Of a stretch of 25,000 nucleotides of DNA, positions 10,592-24,500 are shown piece after piece. Origin of the DNA: Balanoglossus misakiensis (taxonomy: Eukaryota > Animalia > Hemichordata); the NCBI GenBank assembly GCA_040954595.2, contig JBECUI020000070.1, positions 1 to 25,000 on the forward strand. Reading direction: 5' to 3'. The stretch's first letter is position 1; each line of letters opens with the position of its first letter. The notes under the pieces are model-generated. The model saw only the letters and a program-made list of their open reading frames with translations, did no database searches and was not told the DNA's origin. The position numbers and the translations under genes were made by a program.

Positions 10592-13500
10592 GAGCTATAA
10601 CCCATGGTTTTTGTCGAAAAACCACCAAATTTTGAAATTCCGCAAAGTCGAAAAATTCTCATTTTTTGATGATTTTCCTGAGCTATAACCCATGGTTTTT
10701 TCAAAAATCGGCCAAATTTTGAAATTTCGAAAAGTCGAAAAATTCTCATTTTTTGATGATTTTCCTGAGCTATAACCCATGGTTTTTTCAAAAATCGGCC
10801 AAATTTTGAAATTCCGCAAAGTCGAAAAATTCTCATTTTTTGATGATTTTCCTGAGCTATAACCCATGGTTTTTTCAAAAATCGGCCAAATTTTGAAATT
10901 CCGCAAAGTCGAAAAATTCTCATTTTTTGATGATTTTCCTGAGCTATAACCCATGGTTTTTTCAAAAATCAGCCAAATTTTGAAATTCCGCGAAGTCGAA
11001 AAATTCTCATTTTTTGATGATTTTCCTGAGCTATAACCCATGGTTTTTTCAAAAATCGGCCAAATTTTGAAATTCCGCAAAGTCGAAAAATTCTCATTTT
11101 TTGATGATTTTCCTGAGCTATAACCCATGGTTTTTTCAAAAATCGGCCAAATTTTGAAATTCCGCGAAGTCGAAAAATTCTCATTTCTGGATGATTTTCA
11201 TGAGCTATAACCCATGGTTTTTGTCGAAAAATCACCAAATTTTGAAATTTCGCGAAGTCGAAAAATTGACATTTCTTGATGATTTTCATGAGCTATAACC
11301 CATGGTTTTTGTCGAAAAACCACCAAATTTTGAAATTTCGCGAAGTCGAAAAATTGACATTTCTGGATGATTTTCATGAGCTATAACCCATGGTTTTTGT
11401 CGAAAAACCACCAAATTTTGAAATTTCGCGAAGTCGAAAAATTGACATTTCTGGATGATTTTCATGAGCTATAACCCATGGTTTTTGTCGAAAAACCACC
11501 AAATTTTGAAATTCCGCAAAGTCGAAAAATTCTCATTTTTTGATGATTTTCCTGAGCTATAACCCATGGTTTTTTCAAAAATCGGCCAAATTTTGAAATT
11601 CCGCAAAGTCGAAAAATTCTCATTTTTTGATGATTTTCCTGAGCTATAACCCATGGTTTTTTCAAAAATCGGCCAAATTTTGAAATTCCGCAAAGTCGAA
11701 AAATTCTCATTTTTTGATGATTTTCCTGAGCTATAACCCATGGTTTTTTCAAAAATCGGCCAAATTTTGAAATTCCGCAAAGTCGAAAAATTCTCATTTT
11801 TTGATGATTTTCCTGAGCTATAACCCATGGTTTTTTCAAAAATCGGCCAAATTTTGAAATTCCGAAAAGTCGAAAAATTCTCATTTTTTGATGATTTTCC
11901 TGAGCTATAACCCATGGTTTTTTCAAAAATCGGCCAAATTTTGAAATTCCGCAAAGTCGAAAAATTCTCATTTTTTGATGATTTTCCTGAGCTATAACCC
12001 ATGGTTTTTTCAAAAATCGGCCAAATTTTGAAATTCCGCGAAGTCGAAAAATTCTCATTTTTTGATGATTTTCCTGAGCTATAACCCATGGTTTTTTCAA
12101 AAATCAGCCAAATTTTGAAATTCCGCGAAGTCGAAAAATTCTCATTTTTTGATGATTTTCCTGAGCTATAACCCATGGTTTTTTCAAAAATCGGCCAAAT
12201 TTTGAAATTCCGCAAAGTCGAAAAATTCTCATTTTTTGATGATTTTCCTAAGCTATAACCCATGGTTTTTTCAAAAATCGGCCAAATTTTGAAATTCCGC
12301 AAAGTCGAAAAATTCTCATTTTTTGATGATTTTCCTGAGCTATAACCCATGGTTTTTTCAAAAATCGGCCAAATTTTGAAATTTCGCGAAGTCGAAAAAA
12401 TTGACATTTCTGGATGATTTTCATGAGCTATAACCCATGGTTTTTGTCGAAAAACCACCAAATTTTGAAATTTCGCGAAGTCGAAAAATTGACATTTCTG
12501 GATGATTTTCATGAGCTATAACCCATGGTTTTTGTCGAAAAACCACCAAATTTTGAAATTTCGCGAAGTCGAAAAATTGACATTTCTGGATGATTTTCAT
12601 GAGCTATAACCCATGGTTTTTGTCGAAAAACCACCAAATTTTGAAATTTCGCGAAGTCGAAAAATTGACATTTCTGGATGATTTTCATGAGCTATAACCC
12701 ATGGTTTTTGTCGAAAAACCACCAAATTTTGAAATTTCGCGAAGTCGAAAAATTGACATTTCTGGATGATTTTCATGAGCTATAACCCATGGTTTTTGTC
12801 GAAAAACCACCAAATTTTGAAATTCCGCAAAGTCGAAAAATTCTCATTTTTTGATGATTTTCATGAGCTATAACCCATGGTTTTTTCAAAAATCGGCCAA
12901 ATTTTGAAATTCCGCAAAGTCGAAAAATTCTCATTTTTTGATGATTTTCCTGAGCTATAACCCATGGTTTTTTCAAAAATCGGCCAAATTTTGAAATTCC
13001 GCAAAGTCGAAAAATTCTCATTTTTTGATGATTTTCCTGAGCTATAACCCATGGTTTTTTCAAAAATCGGCCAAATTTTGAAATTCCGCAAAGTCGAAAA
13101 AGTCTCATTTTTTGATGATTTTCCTGAGCTATAACCCATGGTTTTTTCAAAAATCGGCCAAATTTTGAAATTCCGAAAAGTCGAAAAATTCTCATTTTTT
13201 GATGATTTTCCTGAGCTATAACCCATGGTTTTTTCAAAAATCGGCCAAATTTTGAAATTCCGCGAAGTCGAAAAATTCTCATATTTTGATGATTTTCCTG
13301 AGCTATAACCCATGTTTTTTTCAAAAATCGGCCAAATTTTGAAATTCCGCAAAGTCGAAAAATTCTCATTTTTTGATGATTTTCCTGAGCTATAACCCAT
13401 GGTTTTTTCAAAAATCGGTCAAATTTTGAAATTCCGCAAAGTCGAAAAATTCTCATTTTTTGATGATTTTCCTGAGCTATAACCCATGGTTTTTTCAAAA

Positions 13501-16500
13501 ATCGGCCAAATTTTGAAATTCCGCAAAGTCGAAAAATTCTCATTTTTTGATGATTTTCCTGAGCTATAACCCATGGATTTTTCAAAAATCGGCCAAATTT
13601 TGAAATTCCGCAAAGTCGAAAAATTCTCATTTTTTGATGATTTTCCTGAGCTATAACCCATGGTTTTTTAAAAAATCGGCCAAATTTTGAAATTCCGCGA
13701 AGTCGAAAAATTCTCATTTTTTGATGATTTTCCTGAGCTATAACCCATGGTTTTTTCAAAAATCGGCCAAATTTTGAAATTCCGCGAAGTCGAAAAATTC
13801 TCATTTTTTGATGATTTTCATGAGCTATAACCCATGGTTTTTGTCGAAAAACCACCTAATTTTGAAATTTCGCGAAGTCGAAAAATTGACATTTCTGGAT
13901 GATTTTCATGAGCTATAACCCATGGTTTTTGTCGAAAAACCACCAAATTTTGAAATTTCGCGAAGTCGAAAAATTGACATTTCTGGATGATTTTCATGAG
14001 CTATAACCCATGGTTTTTGTCGAAAAACCACCAAATTTTGAAATTTCGCGAAGTCGAAAAATTGACATTTCTGGATGATTTTCATGAGCTATAACCCATG
14101 GTTTTTCTCGAAAAACCACCAAATTTTGAAATTTCGCGAAGTCGAAAAATTGACATTTCTGGATGATTTTCATGAGCTATAACCCATGGTTTTTTCAAAA
14201 ATCGGCCAAATTTTGAAATTCCGCGAAGTCGAAAAATTCTCATTTTTTGATGATTTTCCTGAGCTATAACCCATGGTTTTTTCAAAAATCGGCCAAATTT
14301 TGAAATTCCGCGAAGTCGAAAAATTCTCATTTTTTGATGATTTTCATGAGCTATAACCCATGGTTTTTGTCGAAAAACCACCTAATTTTGAAATTTCGCG
14401 AAGTCGAAAAATTGACATTTCTGGATGATTTTCATGAGCTATAACCCATGGTTTTTGTCGAAAAACCACCAAATTTTGAAATTTCGCGAAGTCGAAAAAT
14501 TGACATTTCTGGATGATTTTCATGAGCTATAACCCATGGTTTTTGTCGAAAAACCACCAAATTTTGAAATTTCGCGAAGTCGAAAAATTGACATTTCTGG
14601 ATGATTTTCATGAGCTATAACCCATGGTTTTTGTCGAAAAACCACCAAATTTTGAAATTTCGCGAAGTCGAAAAATTGACATTTCTGGATGATTTTCATG
14701 AGCTATAACCCATGGTTTTTGTCGAAAAACCACCTAATTTTGAAATTTCGCGAAGTCGAAAAATTGACATTTCTGGATGATTTTCATGAGCTATAACCCA
14801 TGGTTTTTGTCGAAAAACCACCAAATTTTGAAATTTCGCGAAGTCGAAAAATTGACATTTCTGGATGATTTTCATGAGCTATAACCCATGGTTTTTGTCG
14901 AAAAACCACCAAATTTTGAAATTTCGCGAAGTCGAAAAATTGACATTTCTGGATGATTTTCATGAGCTATAACCCATGGTTTTTGTCGAAAAACCACCAA
15001 ATTTTGAAATTTCGCGAAGTCGAAAAATTGACATTTCTGGATGATTTTCATGAGCTATAACCCATGGTTTTTGTCGAAAAACCACCAAATTTTGAAATTT
15101 CGCGAAGTCGAAAAATTGACATTTCTGGATGATTTTCATGAGCTATAACCCATGGTTTTTGTCGAAAAACCACCAAATTTTGAAATTTCGCGAAGTCGAA
15201 AAATTGACATTTCTGGATGATTTTCATGAGCTATAACCCATGGTTTTTGTCGAAAAACCACCAAATTTTGAAATTTCGCGAAGTCGAAAAATTGACATTT
15301 CTGGATGATTTTCATGAGCTATAACCCATGGTTTTTTCAAAAATCGGCCAAATTTTGAAATTCAGCAAAGTCGAAAAATTCTCATTTTTTGATGATTTTC
15401 CTGAGCTATAACCCATGGTTTATACAAAAATCGGCCAAATTTTGAAATTCCGCGAAGTCGAAAAATTCTCATTTTTTGATGATTTTCCTGAGCTATAACC
15501 CATGGTTTTTTCAAAAATCGGCCAAATTTTGAAATTCCGCGAAGTCGAAAAATTCTCATTTTTTGATGATTTTCCTGAGCTATAACCCATGGTTTTTTCA
15601 AAAATCGGCCAATTTTTGAAATTCCGCAAAGTCGAAAAATTCTCATTTTTTGATGATTTTCCTGAGCTATAACCCATGGTTTTTTCAAAAATCGGCCAAA
15701 TTTTGAAATTCCGCAAAGTCGAAAAATTCTCATTTTTTGATGATTTTCCTGAGCTATAACCCATGGTTTTTTCAAAAATCGGCCAAATTTTGAAATTTCG
15801 CGAAGTCGAAAAATTGACATTTCTGGATGATTTTCATGAGCTATAACCCATGGTTTTTGTCGAAAAACCACCAAATTTTGAAATTTCGCGAAGTCGAAAA
15901 ATTGACATTTCTGGATGATTTTCATGAGCTATAACCCATGGTTTTTGTCGAAAAACCACCAAATTTTGAAATTTCGCGAAGTCGAAAAATTGACATTTCT
16001 GGATGATTTTCATGAGCTATAACCCATGGTTTTTGTCGAAAAACCACCAAATTTTGAAATTTCGCGAAGTCGAAAAATTGACATTTCTGGATGATTTTCA
16101 TGAGCTATAACCCATGGTTTTTGTCAAAAAACCACCAAATTTTGAAATTTCGCGAAGTCGAAAAATTGACATTTCTGGATGATTTTCATGAGCTATAACC
16201 CATGGTTTTTGTCGAAAAACCACCAAATTTTGAAATTTCGCGAAGTCGAAAAATTGACATTTCTGGATGATTTTCATGAGCTATAACCCATGGTTTTTGT
16301 CGAAAAACCACCAAATTTTGAAATTTCGCGAAGTCGAAAAATTGACATTTCTGGATGATTTTCCTGAGCTATAACCCATGGTTTTTTCAAAAATCGGCCA
16401 AATTTTGAAATTCCGCAAAGTCGAAAAATTCTCATTTTTTGATGATTTTCCTGAGCTATAACCCATGGTTTTTTCAAAAATCGGCCAAATTTTGAAATTC

Positions 16501-19500
16501 CGCAAAGTCGAAAAATTCTCATTTTTTGATGATTATCCTGAGCTATAACCTATGGTTTTTTCAAAAATCGGCCAAATTTTGAAATTTCGCGAAGTCGAAA
16601 AATTGACATTTCTGGATGATTTTCATGAGCTATAACCCATGGTTTTTGTCGAAAAACCACCAAATTTTGAAATTTCGCGAAGTCGAAAAATTGACATTCC
16701 TGGATGATTTTCATGAGCTATAACCCATGGTTTTTGTCGAAAAACCACCAAATTTTGAAATTTCGCGAAGTCGAAAAATTGACATTTCTGGATGATTTTC
16801 ATGAGCTATAACCCATGGTTTTTGTCGAAAAACCACCAAATTTTGAAATTTCGCGAAGTCGAAAAATTGACATTTCTGGATGATTTTCATGAGCTATAAC
16901 CCATGGTTTTTGTCGAAAAACCACCAAATTTTGAAATTTCGCGAAGTCGAAAAATTGACATTTCTGGATGATTTTCATGAGCTATAACCCATGGTTTTTT
17001 CAAAAATCGGCCAAATTTTGAAATTCCGCAAAGTCGAAAAATTCTCATTTTTTGATGATTTTCCTGAGCTATAACCCATGGTTTTTTCAAAAATCGGCCA
17101 AATTTTGAAATTCCGCAAAGTCGAAAAATTCTCATTTTTTGATGATTTTCCTGAGCTATAACCCATGGTTTTTTCAAAAATCGGCCAAATTTTGAAATTC
17201 CGCAAAGTCGAAAAATTCTCATTTTTTGATGATTTTCCTGAGCTATAACCCATGGTTTTTTCAAAAATCGGCCAAATTTTGAAATTCCGCAAAGTCGAAA
17301 AATTCTCATTTTTTGATGATTTTCCTGAGCTATAACCCATGGTTTTTTCAAAAATCGGCCAAATTTTGAAATTCCGCGAAGTCGAAAAATTCTCATTTTT
17401 TGATGATTTTCCTGAGCTATAACCCATGGTTTTTTCAAAAATCGGCCAAATTTTGAAATTCCGCAAAGTCGAAAAATTCTCATTTTTTGATGATTTTCCT
17501 GAGCTATAACCCATGGTTTTTTTAAAAATCGGCCAAATTTTGAAATTCCGCAAAGTCGAAAAATTCTCATTTTTTGATGATTTTCCTGAGCTATAACCCA
17601 TGGTTTTTTCAAAAATCGGCCAAATTTTGAAATTCCGCAAAGTCGAAAAATTCTCATTTTTTGATGATTTTCCTGAGCTATAACCCATGGTTTTTTCAAA
17701 AATCGGCCAAATTTTGAAATTCCGCAAAGTCGAAAAATTCTCATTTTTTGATGATTTTCCTGAGCTATAACCCATGGTTTTTTCAAAAATCGGCCAAATT
17801 TTGAAATTTCGCGAAGTCGAAAAATTGACATTTCTGGATGATTTTCATGAGCTATAACCCATGGTTTTTGTCGAAAAACCACCAAATTTTGAAATTTCGC
17901 GAAGTCGAAAAATTGACATTTCTGGATGATTTTCATGAGCTATAACCCATGGTTTTTGTCGAAAAACCACCAAATTTTGAAATTTCGCGAAGTCGAAAAA
18001 TTGACATTTCTGGATGATTTTCATGAGCTATAACCCATGGTTTTTGTCGAAAAACCACCAAATTTTGAAATTTCGCGAAGTCGAAAAATTGACATTTCTG
18101 GATGATTTTCATGAGCTATAACCCATGGTTTTTTCAAAAATCGGCCAAATTTTGAAATTCCGCAAAGTCGAAAAATTCTCATTTTTTGATGATTTTCCTG
18201 AGCTATAACCCATGGTTTTTTCAAAAATCGGCCAAATTTTGAAATTCCGCAAAGTCGAAAAATTCTCATTTTTTGATGATTTTCCTGAGCTATAACCCAT
18301 GGTTTTTTCAAAAATCGGCCAAATTTTGAAATTCCGCAAAGTCGAAAAATTCTCATTTTTTGATGATTTTCCTGAGCTATAACCCATGGTTTTTTCAAAA
18401 ATCGGCCAAATTTTGAAATTCCGCGAAGTCGAAAAATTCTCATTTTTTGATGATTTTCCTGAGCTATAACCCATGGTTTTTTCAAAAATCGGCCAAATTT
18501 TGAAATTCCGCAAAGTCGAAAAATTCTCATTTTTTGATGATTTTCCTGAGCTATAACCCATGGTTTTTTTAAAAATCGGCCAAATTTTGAAATTCCGCAA
18601 AGTCGAAAAATTCTCATTTTTTGATGATTTTCCTGAGCTATAACCCATGGTTTTTTCAAAAATCGGCTAAAATTTTGAAATTCCGCAAAGTCGAAAAATT
18701 CTCATTTTTTGATGATTTTCCTGAGCTATAACCCATGGTTTTTTCAAAAATCGGCCAAATTTTGAAATTCCGCAAAGTCGAAAAATTCTCATTTTTTGAT
18801 GATTTTCCTGAGCTATAACCCATGGTTTTTTCAAAAATCGGACAAATTTTGAAATTCCGCAAAGTCGAAAAATTCTCATTTTTTGATGATTTTCCTGAGC
18901 TATAACCCATGGTTTTTTCAAAAATCGGCCAAATTTTGAAATTCCGCGAAGTCGAAAAATTCTCATTTTTTGATGATTTTCCTGAGCTATAACCCATGGT
19001 TTTTTCCAAAAATCGGCCAAATTTTGAAATTCCGCAAAGTCGAAAAATTCTCATTTTTTGATGATTTTCCTGAGCTATAACCCATGGTTTTTTCAAAAAT
19101 CGGCCAAATTTTGAAATTCCGCAAAGTCGAAAAATTCTCATTTTTTGATGATTTTCCTGAGCTATAACCCATGGTTTTTTCAAAAATCGGCCAAATTTTG
19201 AAATTTCGCGAAGTCGAAAAATTGACATTTCTGGATGATTTTCATGAGCTATAACCCATGGTTTTTGTCGAAAAACCACCAAATTTTGAAATTTCGCGAA
19301 GTCGAAAAATTGACATTTCTGGATGATTTTCATGAGCTATAACCCATGGTTTTTGTCGAAAAACCACCAAATTTTGAAATTTCGCGAAGTCGAAAAATTG
19401 ACATTTCTGGATGATTTTCATGAGCTATAACCCATGGTTTTTGTCGAAAAACCACCAAATTTTGAAATTTCGCGAAGTCGAAAAATTGACATTTCTGGAT

Positions 19501-21255
19501 GATTTTCATGAGCTATAACCCATGGTTTTTGTCGAAAAACCACCAAATTTTGAAATTTCGCGAAGTCGAAAAATTGACATTTCTGGATGATTTTCATGAG
19601 CTATAACCCATGGTTTTTTCAAAAATCGGCCAAATTTTGAAATTCCGCAAAGTCGAAAAATTCTCATTTTTTGATGATTTTCCTGAGCTATAACCCATGG
19701 TTTTTTCAAAAATCGGCCAAATTTTGAAATTCCGCAAAGTCGAAAAATTCTCATTTTTTGATGATTTTCCTGAGCTATAACCCATGGTTTTTTCAAAAAT
19801 CAGCCAAATTTTGAAATTCCGCGAAGTCGAAAAATTCTCATTTTTTGATGATTTTCCTGAGCTATAACCCATGGTTTTTTCAAAAATCGGCCAAATTTTG
19901 AAATTCCGCAAAGTCGAAAAATTCTCATTTTTTGATGATTTTCCTGAGCTATAACCCATGGTTTTTTCAAAAATCGGCCAAATTTTGAAATTCCGCAAAG
20001 TCGAAAAATTCTCATTTTTTGATGATTTTCCTGAGCTATAACCCATGGTTTTTTCAAAAATCGGCCAAATTTTGAAATTCCGCGAAGTCGAAAAATTCTC
20101 ATTTTTTGATGATTTTCCTGAGCTATAACCCATGGTTTTTTCAAAAATCGGCCAAATTTTGAAATTCCGCAAAGTCGAAAAATTCTCATTTTTTGATGAT
20201 TTTCCTGAGCTATAACCCATGGTTTTTTTAAAAATCGGCCAAATTTTGAAATTCCGCAAAGTCGAAAAATTCTCATTTTTTGATGATTTTCCTGAGCTAT
20301 AACCCATGGTTTTTTCAAAAATCGGCTAAAATTTTGAAATTCCGCAAAGTCGAAAAATTCTCATTTTTTGATGATTTTCCTGAGCTATAACCCATGGTTT
20401 TTTCAAAAATCGGCCAAATTTTGAAATTCCGCAAAGTCGAAAAATTCTCATTTTTTGATGATTTTCCTGAGCTATAACCCATGGTTTTTTCAAAAATCGG
20501 ACAAATTTTGAAATTCCGCAAAGTCGAAAAATTCTCATTTTTTGATGATTTTCCTGAGCTATAACCCATGGTTTTTTCAAAAATCGGCCAAATTTTGAAA
20601 TTCCGCGAAGTCGAAAAATTCTCATTTTTTGATGATTTTCCTGAGCTATAACCCATGGTTTTTTCAAAAATCGGCCAAATTTTGAAATTCCGCAAAGTCG
20701 AAAAATTCTCATTTTTTGATGATTTTCCTGAGCTATAACCCATGGTTTTTTCAAAAATCGGCCAAATTTTGAAATTCCGCAAAGTCGAAAAATTCTCATT
20801 TTTTGATGATTTTCCTGAGCTATAACCCATGGTTTTTTCAAAAATCGGCCAAATTTTGAAATTTCGCGAAGTCGAAAAATTGACATTTCTGGATGATTTT
20901 CATGAGCTATAACCCATGGTTTTTGTCGAAAAACCACCAAATTTTGAAATTTCGCGAAGTCGAAAAATTGACATTTCTGGATGATTTTCATGAGCTATAA
21001 CCCATGGTTTTTGTCGAAAAACCACCAAATTTTGAAATTTCGCGAAGTCGAAAAATTGACATTTCTGGATGATTTTCATGAGCTATAACCCATGGTTTTT
21101 GTCGAAAAACCACCAAATTTTGAAATTTCGCGAAGTCGAAAAATTGACATTTCTGGATGATTTTCATGAGCTATAACCCATGGTTTTTGTCGAAAAACCA
21201 CCAAATTTTGAAATTTCGCGAAGTCGAAAAATTGACATTTCTGGATGATTTTCAT
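10592..21255. repeat. Mixed A/B transition domain with alternating blocks and chimeric monomers
   Basis: B-type tracts at about 10640-11185, 11514-12370, 12825-13810, 14174-14340, 15316-15790, 16364-16575, 16979-17795, 18113-19192 and 19598-20850, separated by A-type runs of about 3-11 monomers. Confidence 0.95.
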
Positions 21256-21516
21256 GAGCTATAACCCATGGTTTTTTCAAAAATCGGCCAAATTTTGAAA
21301 TTCCGCAAAGTCGAAAAATTCTCATTTTTTGATGATTTTCCTGAGCTATAACCCATGGTTTTTTCAAAAATCGGCCAAATTTTGAAATTCCGCAAAGTCG
21401 AAAAATTCTCATTTTTTGATGATTTTCCTGAGCTATAACCCATGGTTTTTTCAAAAATCAGCCAAATTTTGAAATTCCGCGAAGTCGAAAAATTCTCATT
21501 TTTTGATGATTTTCCT
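18200..21516. repeat. 19-monomer higher-order repeat, 2 tandem copies (18200-19858, 1659 bp; 19859-21516, 1658 bp)
   Basis: Private variants recur at fixed offset: TTTAAAAATC 18570/20229, GGCTAAAA 18668/20327, GGACAAA 18842/20501, TCAGCC 19802/21460, plus the same B/A hybrid followed by four A monomers. The copies differ by an extra C at 19006-19007. Confidence 0.93.
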
Positions 21517-24500
21517 GAGCTATAACCCATGTTTTTTTCAAAAATCAGCCAAATTTTGAAATTCCGCGAAGTCGAAAAATTCTCATTTTTTGATGATTTT
21601 CCTGAGCTATAACCCATGGTTTTTTCAAAAATCGGCCAAATTTTGAAATTCCGCGAAGTCGAAAAATTCTCATTTTTTGATGATTTTCCTGAGCTATAAC
21701 CCATGGTTTTTTTCAAAAATCGGCCAAATTTTGAAATTCCGCGAAGTCGAAAAATTCTCATTTTTTGATGATTTTCCTGAGCTATAACCCATGGTTTTTT
21801 CAAAAATCGGCCAAATTTTGAAATTCCGCAAAGTCGAAAAATTCTCATTTTTTGATGATTTTCCTGAGCTATAACCCATGGTTTTTTCAAAAATCGGCCA
21901 AATTTTGAAATTCCGCAAAGTCGAAAACTTCTCATTTTTTGATGATTTTCCTGAGCTATAACCCATGGTTTTTTCAAAAATCGGCCAAATTTTGAAATTC
22001 CGCGAAGTCGAAAAATTCTCATTTTTTGATGATTTTCCTGAGCTATAACCCATGGTTTTTTCAAAAATCAGCCAAATTTTGAAATTCCGCGAACTCGAAA
22101 AATTCTCATTTTTTGATGATTTTCCTGAGCTATAACCCATGGTTTTTTCAAAAATCAGCCAAATTTTGAAATTCCGCGAAGTCGAAAAATTCTCATTTTT
22201 TGATGATTTTCCTGAGCTATAACCCATGGTTTTTTCAAAAATCGGCCAAATTTTGAAATTCCGCGAAGTCGAAAAATTCTCATTTTTTGATGATTTTCCT
22301 GAGCTATAACCCATGGTTTTTTTCAAAAATCGGCCAAATTTTGAAATTCCGCGAAGTCGAAAAATTCTCATTTTTTGATGATTTTCCTGAGCTATAACCC
22401 ATGGTTTTTTCAAAAATCGGCCAAATTTTGAAATTCCGCAAAGTCGAAAAATTCTCATTTTTTGATGATTTTCCTGAGCTATAACCCATGTTTTTTTCAA
22501 AAATCGGCCAAATTTTGAAATTCCGCAAAGTCGAAAAATTCTCATTTTTTGATGATTTTCCTGAGCTATAACCCATGTTTTTTTCAAAAATCGGCCAAAT
22601 TTTGAAATTCCGCGAAGTCGAAAAATTCTCATTTTTTGATGATTTTCCTGAGCTATAACCCATGGTTTTTCGAAAAATCGGCCAAATTTTGAAATTCCGC
22701 AAAGTCGAAAACTTCTCATTTTTTGATGATTTTCCTGAGCTATAACCCATGGTTTTTTCAAAAATCGGCCAAATTTTGAAATTCCGCGAAGTCGAAAAAT
22801 TCTCATTTTTTGATGATTTTCCTGAGCTATAACCCATGTTTTTTTCAAAAATCGGCCAAATTTTGAAATTCCGCGAAGTCGAAAAATTCTCATTTTTTGA
22901 TGATTTTCCTGAGCTATAACCCATGGTTTTTTCAAAAATCGGCCAAATATTGAAATTCCGCAAAGTCGAAAAATTCTCATTTTTTGATGATTTTCCTGAG
23001 CTATAACCCATGGTTTTTTTCAAAAATCGGCCAAATTTTGAAATTCCGCGAAGTCGAAAAATTCTCATTTTTTGATGATTTTCCTGAGCTATAACCCATG
23101 GTTTTTTCAAAAATCGGCCAAATTTTGAAATTCCGCAAAGTCGAAAAATTCTCATTTTTTGATGATTTTCCTGAGCTATAACCCATGGTTTTTTCAAAAA
23201 TCGGCCAAATTTTGAAATTCCGCAAAGTCGAAAAATTCTCATTTTTTGATGATTTTCCTGAGCTATAACCCATGGTTTTTTCAAAAATCGGCCAAATTTT
23301 GAAATTCCGCAAAGTCGAAAAATTCTCATTTTTTGATGATTTTCCTGAGCTATAACCCATGGTTTTTTCAAAAATCAGCCAAATTTTGAAATTCCGCGAA
23401 GTCGAAAAATTCTCATTTTTTGATGATTTTCCTGAGCTATAACCCATGGTTTTTTCAAAAATCAGCCAAATTTTGAAATTCCGCGAAGTCGAAAAATTCT
23501 CATTTTTTGATGATTTTCCTGAGCTATAACCCATGGTTTTTTCAAAAATCGGCCAAATTTTGAAATTCCGCGAAGTCGAAAAATTCTCATTTTTTGATGA
23601 TTTTCCTGAGCTATAACCCATGGTTTTTTTCAAAAATCGGCCAAATTTTGAAATTCCGCGAAGTCGAAAAATTCTCATTTTTTGATGATTTTCCTGAGCT
23701 ATAACCCATGGTTTTTTCAAAAATCGGCCAAATTTTGAAATTCCGCAAAGTCGAAAAATTCTCATTTTTTGATGATTTTCCTGAGCTATAACCCATGTTT
23801 TTTTCAAAAATCGGCCAAATTTTGAAATTCCGCGAAGTCGAAAAATTCTCATTTTTTGATGATTTTCCTGAGCTATAACCCATGGTTTTTCGAAAAATCG
23901 GCCAAATTTTGAAATTCCGCAAAGTCGAAAACTTCTCATTTTTTGATGATTTTCCTGAGCTATAACCCATGGTTTTTTCAAAAATCGGCCAAATTTTGAA
24001 ATTCCGCGAAGTCGAAAAATTCTCATTTTTTGATGATTTTCCTGAGCTATAACCCATGTTTTTTTCAAAAATCGGCCAAATTTTGAAATTCCGCAAAGTC
24101 GAAAAATTCTCATTTTTTGATGATTTTCCTGAGCTATAACCCATGGTTTTTTTCAAAAATCGGCCAAATTTTGAAATTCCGCGAAGTCGAAAAATTCTCA
24201 TTTTTTGATGATTTTCCTGAGCTATAACCCATGGTTTTTTCAAAAATCGGCCAAATTTTGAAATTCCGCAAAGTCGAAAAATTCTCATTTTTTGATGATT
24301 TTCCTGAGCTATAACCCATGGTTTTTTCAAAAATCGGCCAAATTTTGAAATTCCGCAAAGTCGAAAAATTCTCATTTTTTGATGATTTTCCTGAGCTATA
24401 ACCCATGGTTTTTTCAAAAATCGGCCAAATTTTGAAATTCCGCAAAGTCGAAAAATTCTCATTTTTTGATGATTTTCCTGAGCTATAACCCATGGTTTTT

